Assembly: GCA_964549305.1 (NCBI GenBank)
Contig: CAZJVM010000064.1
Span: 1 to 13,473 of the forward strand
Direction: 5' to 3'
From: an uncultured bacterium
Lineage (GTDB): Bacteria > Schekmanbacteria > GWA2-38-11 > J061
Length of the DNA: 13,473 bases
The position numbers and the translations under genes were made by a program. Positions within the stretch are counted from its first letter, which is position 1. Every line of letters begins with the position of its first letter. Positions 8,377-13,473 of this stretch are shown one piece after another. A model generated the notes under the pieces. That model was not told the DNA's origin. It did no database searches and saw only the letters and a list, made by a program, of their open reading frames with translations.

Positions 8377-10062
8377 ATGAATGGCGCGCTTCTTGCTGTT
8401 TTCGCCCTTTTGGCATTTGTGGCTGCATATTTTGGCTATGCGGGAATTTTGGGAAGGAAGGTTCTCAAAATTGACCCTTCAAGAACGACTCCCGCACACG
8501 AATTTCGCGATGATATAGATTTCGTTCCCACAAATCGCTATGTCCTGTTCGGACATCATTTTGCGTCAATCGCGGGCGCGGCACCTATCGTAGGTCCTGC
8601 TATTGCCGTTATTTACGGATGGCTCCCGGGGCTTTTGTGGATTGTCTTCGGTTCGATATTTTTGGGCGCGGCGCACGATTTCGCGGCTCTCGTTATTTCG
8701 CTTCGCCACGGTGGGCGTTCCATAGGTGACCTTACAAAGGACATCATCGGGGCACGCGCGCGAAATCTTTTTCTCATACTTATTTTTTTCGGTTTGAGCC
8801 TCGTGCTTGCCGTTTTTGCTCTCGTAATCGGTGTTCTTTTCAGGGAGCATCCCCAGGCGGTATTCCCCACATTTTTCCTCATAGGACTGGCAATGGTTAT
8901 CGGCTACTGTGTTTATAAAACATCGCTTGGTTTAGGCCCTGCAACGTTTGTGGGAATAATTGTAATGGCGTGGAGCATCTGGTACGGAGTCTATCATCCA
9001 ATTGGAAGCGATATTTCCACTTCAGGATGGATTACAATTCTTATGGTCTATGCCTTCATCGCTTCCATACTTCCCGTATGGTTTCTCCTTCAACCGCGCG
9101 ACTACCTTAATTCATTCGCTCTCTATTTCGGGCTCGGGGCAATGTATGTGGGGCTTTTTATAGTTCGTCCGGAAATTGTCGCGCCTGTTGTAAGGACAAA
9201 CCCTGAAGGCGCGCCGCCGATTTTCCCTTTTCTTTTCATTCTCATTGCCTGCGGAGCAATTTCCGGCTTTCATTCCCTTGTGGCTTCGGGAACAACGGCA
9301 AAGCAGATTGACAAGGAGAGCGACGCAAAATTTGTTGGATATGGCGCAATGCTCGCGGAAGGCGCCCTTGCCACAATGGCGCTAATTGCATGCACTGCGG
9401 GAATCGGCTCCGCGCAGGCGTGGCAGGCGAGGTATGCCACATGGGGAGCAATGAATTCGCTTCAGAATAAGCTCGGCGCATTCGTTGACGGCGCGGGAGG
9501 ATTCGTTTCAGCGCTCGGTTTTTCTCTGGATTTCTCAAAAACGCTCGTGGTGGTTATCGTTGTGTCATTCGCAATGACCACTCTTGATACCTGTGCGAGA
9601 ATGCTTCGCCTCATTGTTTCGGAAATCGGAGAAAGCACGGGAATCGGCACGCTTAAAAACAGATATGTGGCATCCGCTGTCGCTGTGCTGTCGGGATTGG
9701 CATTAGCGGAAATTCCCATGGGAAAAGTTTCGACGGGAATGGCTTTATGGCCCGTATTCGGCGCGACAAACCAGATATTGGGCGCTCTCGCGCTTCTTAC
9801 AATCAGCGTCTATCTCTTTAAAAAAGGAAGACCTGTAATCTACAGCATTGTCCCCATGTTTTTTATGCTTACCGTGACAGTTGTGGCAATGGTCATAAAT
9901 ATAGAAAGCTATTATACGGCGAAAAATTATTTCCTTCTCGCAGTTGGCTCAGCAATCCTAATTCTTGAGATATGGCTTACTCTTGAAGCCTTCATCGTTT
10001 TTAAAAACAACAGGCCAAAGGGGAAGGGGTTTGCGGGAAGCAATGTGCCTTCAGCGCGGTAA
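8377..10062 (+). CDS. cstA: Carbon starvation protein A (CstA) family transporter
   Basis: TPAH..DDIDFVPT..VLFGHHFASIAGAAPIVGP, LLQPRDY, IACGAISGFHSL, GYGAMLAEG, FAMTTLDT, LWPVFGATNQ; many TM segments. AGGAG at 8361-8365 favours ATG 8377 over TTG 8368. Confidence 0.95.
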   Translation: MNGALLAVFALLAFVAAYFGYAGILGRKVLKIDPSRTTPAHEFRDDIDFVPTNRYVLFGHHFASIAGAAPIVGPAIAVIYGWLPGLLWIVFGSIFLGAAHDFAALVISLRHGGRSIGDLTKDIIGARARNLFLILIFFGLSLVLAVFALVIGVLFREHPQAVFPTFFLIGLAMVIGYCVYKTSLGLGPATFVGIIVMAWSIWYGVYHPIGSDISTSGWITILMVYAFIASILPVWFLLQPRDYLNSFALYFGLGAMYVGLFIVRPEIVAPVVRTNPEGAPPIFPFLFILIACGAISGFHSLVASGTTAKQIDKESDAKFVGYGAMLAEGALATMALIACTAGIGSAQAWQARYATWGAMNSLQNKLGAFVDGAGGFVSALGFSLDFSKTLVVVIVVSFAMTTLDTCARMLRLIVSEIGESTGIGTLKNRYVASAVAVLSGLALAEIPMGKVSTGMALWPVFGATNQILGALALLTISVYLFKKGRPVIYSIVPMFFMLTVTVVAMVINIESYYTAKNYFLLAVGSAILILEIWLTLEAFIVFKNNRPKGKGFAGSNVPSAR

Positions 10063-10107
10063 AGGTTTTCGAAAGATTCCAACAGGGCTTAAAAGTGTAA
10101 AGATGTT

Positions 10108-11052
10108 TTACTTCTCCCTTGCAAGCGCTTTTCCCGCGTCATAGGCTTTTTTCAACTCTTTCGGGTATTTCGCTATGACGCCTTTTCGCTTTGCGTCAAG
10201 TCCGTGAAGTATTCCCTCGAACGCGCAGGCGGATATCGCCTCGATCGTTTCCACCTTGTGCAGGTTGAGTATGGATATTACCGTTTCAATCACCTGATCA
10301 TACGTATCTATGTGCGTATATCCCCAGGTGCCGATTACCATAGCAGTGCGCCCCGGTTTCAATATCGATGTAAGCATATACCTTTCATATCCGTCCCACC
10401 GGTCAAAGAAGGTGGATAACTGAGCGCATTCCCTTCCCGTATAAATGGGAAATCCGATTATTATGGAGTCGGATTCGATTATCTTTTGATATATGGCATC
10501 CATATCATCCTTCAGAATGCAGATATCCCTGAAACCTTCATCTTTGCATTTTCTGCATCCGATGCAGTAGTCAATCTTAGTTTTCTGAAGCATAATCTTT
10601 TCGGTTTTTGCGCCTTCTGAGCGCGCGCCCTTTAGCGCCTCCTCAATGAGCAAATCGGTATTCCCGTTTTTACGGGGACTTGCGCAGAATGCGGTGATTA
10701 TCTTTCTGCCGTCTTTGAATTTTTGACGCCTTCCCGCTTTTTTCCACCTCTTCACCTTGACCGGCATATTCTCGTACGCTTTCATATCTTTGAAAGGCGC
10801 TAACATCTCTTTTGTGAATTTTTCCATATCCTCTATCATATGAAAAATCGGGTCATAGGATTTCGGAAATACAAAACGCGCCGCCTCGATGACGATGCCC
10901 TGGTCCGCTTTTTTTGTTTTCCTCTCTGCCATTAAAAGCGAGAGGAATGTTGAAAGTTTTTCTTCCTTTCTTGAACGAATAATGGCGGGCCAAACGGAAA
11001 GGATTTTTTCGTAAGCCATTTTGCCGTCACCGGTAAAATTTATTTTTTTCAT
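10108..11052 (-). CDS. Flavodoxin-fold iron-sulfur flavoprotein (Isf / NADPH-dependent FMN reductase family) with ~115-aa N-terminal extension
   Basis: FMN loop ASPRKNGNT, Cys motif CIGCRKC-x8-C followed by ILKDDM, IIIGFPIY, FFDRW and ELKKAYDAGKAL. Likely ATG 11052 (GGGGA upstream), 314 aa. Confidence 0.85.
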   Translation of the reverse strand: MKKINFTGDGKMAYEKILSVWPAIIRSRKEEKLSTFLSLLMAERKTKKADQGIVIEAARFVFPKSYDPIFHMIEDMEKFTKEMLAPFKDMKAYENMPVKVKRWKKAGRRQKFKDGRKIITAFCASPRKNGNTDLLIEEALKGARSEGAKTEKIMLQKTKIDYCIGCRKCKDEGFRDICILKDDMDAIYQKIIESDSIIIGFPIYTGRECAQLSTFFDRWDGYERYMLTSILKPGRTAMVIGTWGYTHIDTYDQVIETVISILNLHKVETIEAISACAFEGILHGLDAKRKGVIAKYPKELKKAYDAGKALAREK

Positions 11053-11093
11053 TACTCTATTTCCCCGTGAAATGTTTTTCAATTTTGCAGTTG

Positions 11094-11122
11094 ATTATGA
11101 AAGATGCTGTATGAATAGTCAA
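11094..11122 (-). promoter_or_regulatory. Putative sigma70 promoter for the minus-strand flavoprotein
   Basis: On the minus strand: TTGACT (11122-11117), 17-bp spacer, CATAAT (11099-11094). Confidence 0.65.
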
Positions 11123-11182
11123 GAAGCGCGCGCCGTTACTTTTTTTGACAATCTAAGTTTGAAATAGTTGGTTTTTTATGCA

Positions 11183-11199
11183 AGTTACTATGTGTAATT
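11183..11199. promoter_or_regulatory. Candidate repressor operator (imperfect palindrome)
   Basis: AGTTAC-TATGT-GTAATT (5 of 6 positions symmetric) just upstream of the GGGAGG RBS; the GTTACT half-site recurs at 11135-11140 next to TTGACA (11145-11150). Confidence 0.4.
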
Positions 11200-11223
11200 A
11201 AATAAAAAGGGAGGCAAAAAAAT

Positions 11224-11865
11224 ATGAAAGTATTGGGAATATCGGGAAGTCCGCGAAAAGGGCAGACAACGGATAAGCTTGTGCGGGAAGTATTGAGCGC
11301 AGTTGATTGTGACACGGAATTCATTTCGCTTGCGGGAAAAAAAATATCACCCTGTATTGCCTGTCTCGGATGCGTTGAAGATAATGTTTGTGTGATTTCA
11401 GATGATATGACAGTGCTTCGTGAAAAAATTGTTGATGCCGATGCCTATGTAGTCGGCGCGCCTAATTACTTCGCCCTGTTAAACGGTTTGACTCACTGCT
11501 TTATGGAACGCTTTTATCAATTCAGGCATCGCGAGGGAAGGGCGGTAGCAGGCAAACTTGGCGTTGCAGTGGGCGTTGGAGGAGGAATGCCCGATGCCCC
11601 CGCGGAAAATATCAAAACTTTTTTTACCTATAATCAAATTGAATGCGTGGGTGAGGTTACTGCGCAGGGTGCGGCATCTTGCTTTGTGTGCGGATACGGG
11701 GAAACCTGTAAGGTAGGCGCAATACATATGTTTTATGGCGAAGGAACAAAGATAACCGACGAGATAATTCCCGATTTATCGAAACAACCGGACAAGATAG
11801 AGGAAGCGCACGCGCTTGGCAAAAAACTCAGCGAAAGATTGAAAAGCTTTGCCATTGGAACATAA
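11224..11865 (+). CDS. Flavodoxin-fold iron-sulfur flavoprotein (Isf-like) with extra C-terminal Cys cluster
   Basis: MKVLGISGSPRKG, CIACLGC-x5-C followed by VISDDM, DADAYVVGAPNY, FMERF and GKLG; additional CFVCGYGETC; GGGAGG RBS. Confidence 0.88.
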   Translation: MKVLGISGSPRKGQTTDKLVREVLSAVDCDTEFISLAGKKISPCIACLGCVEDNVCVISDDMTVLREKIVDADAYVVGAPNYFALLNGLTHCFMERFYQFRHREGRAVAGKLGVAVGVGGGMPDAPAENIKTFFTYNQIECVGEVTAQGAASCFVCGYGETCKVGAIHMFYGEGTKITDEIIPDLSKQPDKIEEAHALGKKLSERLKSFAIGT

Positions 11866-11880
11866 AGGAACTTCCTTATA

Positions 11881-11922
11881 CTCCCTTCTCTCCTGCGAGG
11901 GAGAAGGTTACGTTGAGAGGGG
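11881..11922. repeat. REP-like palindromic element (CCTTCTCTC/GGGAGAAGG stem plus purine-rich tail); may also act as a 3' stem-loop
   Basis: 9-bp stem 11884-11892/11899-11907 (one G-U pair) followed by TTACGTTGAGAGGGG, about 20 nt after the flavoprotein stop; no U-tract. Confidence 0.55.
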
Positions 11923-11996
11923 ATATTGAGTGATTCAGTGACGCGGAAAAGCAGATGCCGGGAAAAACGACTCACTCATTGCCCGACGCTACACGT

Positions 11997-12028
11997 TGTC
12001 ATCCTCCGGTTTGACCGGAGGATCCAGC
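11997..12028. repeat. GTCAT-headed palindromic repeat (REP/RPE-like)
   Basis: TGTC-ATCCTCCGGT-TTG-ACCGGAGGAT-CCAGC: perfect 10-bp stem 12001-12010/12014-12023 with a 3-nt loop. Confidence 0.7.
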
Positions 12029-12044
12029 CTTCATTTTCAGTTTC

Positions 12045-12122
12045 CGCTTCTCCTATTATTTCGAGATTTCGAATTGTTGCATCTATCCTCATTTCATATC
12101 TGTCCAAAACAAATTTTTCAAA
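12045..12122 (-). pseudogene. Remnant of a HepT/DUF86 (HEPN) toxin gene
   Basis: Translates FEKFVLDRYEMRIDATIRNLEIIGEA, containing the DUF86-type DA.IRNLEIIGEA signature. No recognisable N-terminus and no catalytic R-x4-H region; the frame runs on into the palindromic repeat. Confidence 0.7.
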
Positions 12123-12237
12123 CTTTGTCTTTAAAATTTTCACTAATAATAACTTACTGCTGAGTGTCATACAGAGGCGAAAAATTGTTTTTCTTAAACA
12201 TGTAAGCAATTGCGGGTACAAAAATATTTTTTTATCC

Positions 12238-12945
12238 CTATCCATTATACCACTTCCGCAACTTTTCGGGGCTTATTCCAAGGTAATATCCCACAATCAT
12301 AAGTTGATTGATTAGTGTTGTTTTAAGCACTCCTCTCTCTTTCCATCTTCTTGCGGATGTTATGGCAGGGAAGGGTGCCGTGAATATATCGCCATATTTT
12401 CTAACCCGCCTTACGAACTCAAAATCCTCCATTATGGGCATTTCGGGGAAACCGCCAACTTCGTCAAACAATGACTTCTTTAAAAAAATTCCCTGGTCGC
12501 CGTATGGCATCTTTAAAATCTCTGAGCGGAAGTTCGCAAGTTTCTCAATCCTGCTCAATGAAGGAGATTCCTCGTCAAGCTTGAAGCGAAACGCCCCCGC
12601 GCATATTTCCGGATAATCGAGAGTGCCTCTGACAGTAAGTTCATATCCTGAGGGAAGAATCGTGTCGGCGTGAAGAAAAAGAAGGATTTCTCCCATTGCC
12701 TCCTCCGCGCCTTTATTCATTTGGGATGAGCGTGGAGGTTGCGACTTGATTATCTGCGCCCCCGCGGATTTTGCCTCATAGACCGTTTTGTCACTGCTTC
12801 CTCCGTCAACGACAATCACTTCAACATTGAAACCGTCTTTTACGCTGTCGATTGTTTTGGCAATGGTCTTTTCTTCGTTTAAAGCGGGAATAATTATCGA
12901 AATCTGCGGACTGCTTCGAATTTCATCTATCTTTATTACGCTCAT
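12238..12945 (-). CDS. GT2 glycosyltransferase, TIGR04283-like (arsenosugar biosynthesis / rSAM-selenodomain-associated transferase 2)
   Basis: ISIIIPALNEE, IVVDGGSSDKT, RSSQMNKGA, LLFLHADT, PYGDQGIF, GGFPEMPIMEDFE, TSARRW and LGISPEKLRKWY. Confidence 0.9.
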   Translation of the reverse strand: MSVIKIDEIRSSPQISIIIPALNEEKTIAKTIDSVKDGFNVEVIVVDGGSSDKTVYEAKSAGAQIIKSQPPRSSQMNKGAEEAMGEILLFLHADTILPSGYELTVRGTLDYPEICAGAFRFKLDEESPSLSRIEKLANFRSEILKMPYGDQGIFLKKSLFDEVGGFPEMPIMEDFEFVRRVRKYGDIFTAPFPAITSARRWKERGVLKTTLINQLMIVGYYLGISPEKLRKWYNG

Positions 12946-13473
12946 TGCAGAATAATTTTACATCTTCGGGACGGTCGATGTCATCAAGTTTTTCCACCAA
13001 TGAAAAAGAGAGATTCCGCTTTTTCAATATATCTACGGTTTTGCTGAAGACATCTCTGCTTCCCCAGGGTATATTCTCAAAAATCTGCGGACATTCCCTT
13101 TTCAAACCCACAAGATAATAACCGCCGTCCTTTGCGGGTCCAAGAACAACATCTTTTTTTGAGAGAGCATCAAAGGCATTTTGTAATATTTCCACCGTAA
13201 TCGAAGGGCAATCTGTGCCGATGAGTACTGCCTTTATCGCGCCTTCATTAAATGCAATATTCAAAGACCCGTTCATCTTCTCTCCAATGTCGCCGCTGAT
13301 TTGCTCTCTGTAAATAAAATCATCTCCGAGCCACTTTTTGATTTTGGTTTTATTTCCTCCGGCGTAATGAATCTCAATATTCACATTGGCGATTCCCCTG
13401 AACCTTCTTGCTGTTTCCACAATCCTTTCCGTCATTTCTTTTTGCACTTTCGCCGCACCATCTGCACCAAGCG
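12923..13473 (-). CDS. TIGR04282/DUF2064-like (CofC-like fold) transferase; 5' end beyond the window
   Basis: The frame stays open to the window edge (..LGADGAAKVQKEMTE). Motifs Q..GDIGEKM, VLIGTDCP, VLGPAKDGGYYLVGL, IPWGS and LDDIDRPEDV; adjacent to its usual TIGR04283 partner. Confidence 0.9.
   Translation of the reverse strand, partial: LGADGAAKVQKEMTERIVETARRFRGIANVNIEIHYAGGNKTKIKKWLGDDFIYREQISGDIGEKMNGSLNIAFNEGAIKAVLIGTDCPSITVEILQNAFDALSKKDVVLGPAKDGGYYLVGLKRECPQIFENIPWGSRDVFSKTVDILKKRNLSFSLVEKLDDIDRPEDVKLFCNERNKDR

Noticed and set aside
8278..8484. 12-bp direct repeat GACCCTTCAAGA (8278-8289 and 8473-8484), both encoding DPSR
   Set aside because: A few 12-mer matches are expected by chance in 13.5 kb; both copies lie inside intact genes, so they are not a target-site duplication.
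198..9719. Numerous minus-strand ORFs of 61-183 aa (e.g. 467-934, 4207-4758, 7298-7651)
   Set aside because: They lie wholly or largely antisense to well-supported genes and show no recognisable motifs; treated as shadow ORFs.
10204..10419. 71-aa plus-strand ORF
   Set aside because: Antisense shadow of the flavoprotein gene.
11866..12237. CRISPR array or intact IS/integron cassette
   Set aside because: The palindromes differ from each other and are not regularly spaced; no transposase, integrase or cas gene is present.
11733..12315. ORFs 11733-11975 (-) and 11926-12315 (+)
   Set aside because: They read through repeat palindromes and overlap real genes antisense; no protein-like motifs.
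12923..12925. Selenocysteine read-through of TGA stops (here, at 1335 and at 8314)
   Set aside because: Each TGA falls at the natural end of its domain, and I saw no SECIS-like hairpin. In-frame read-through at 12923 would not join the GT2 frame.

Overview
Bacterial chromosomal window with two parts. The left part (69-7127, + strand) is a housekeeping run: an AMIN/Amidase_3 cell-wall amidase with a lipoprotein-type signal, glnD, yebC, ruvC, ruvA and ruvB. The right part (7262-13473) looks more accessory. It holds a TerB-family protein, an orphan single-domain receiver with a Cys-rich insertion, a CstA-family transporter, and two divergently transcribed iron-sulfur-flavoprotein (Isf/flavodoxin-fold) genes, each with an extra module. 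These are followed by a scar region with REP-like palindromes and a HepT/DUF86 toxin remnant, and then a TIGR04282/TIGR04283-like transferase pair (arsenosugar / rSAM-selenodomain associated) that runs off the right edge. I saw no rRNA, tRNA, CRISPR array or intact transposase. The best leads for something undescribed are the Cys-rich receiver, the divergent Fe-S flavoprotein pair with a candidate operator, and the overlapping transferase pair; together they may form a redox/metalloid module, but that link is inference. All family calls come from motif recognition, not database searches.
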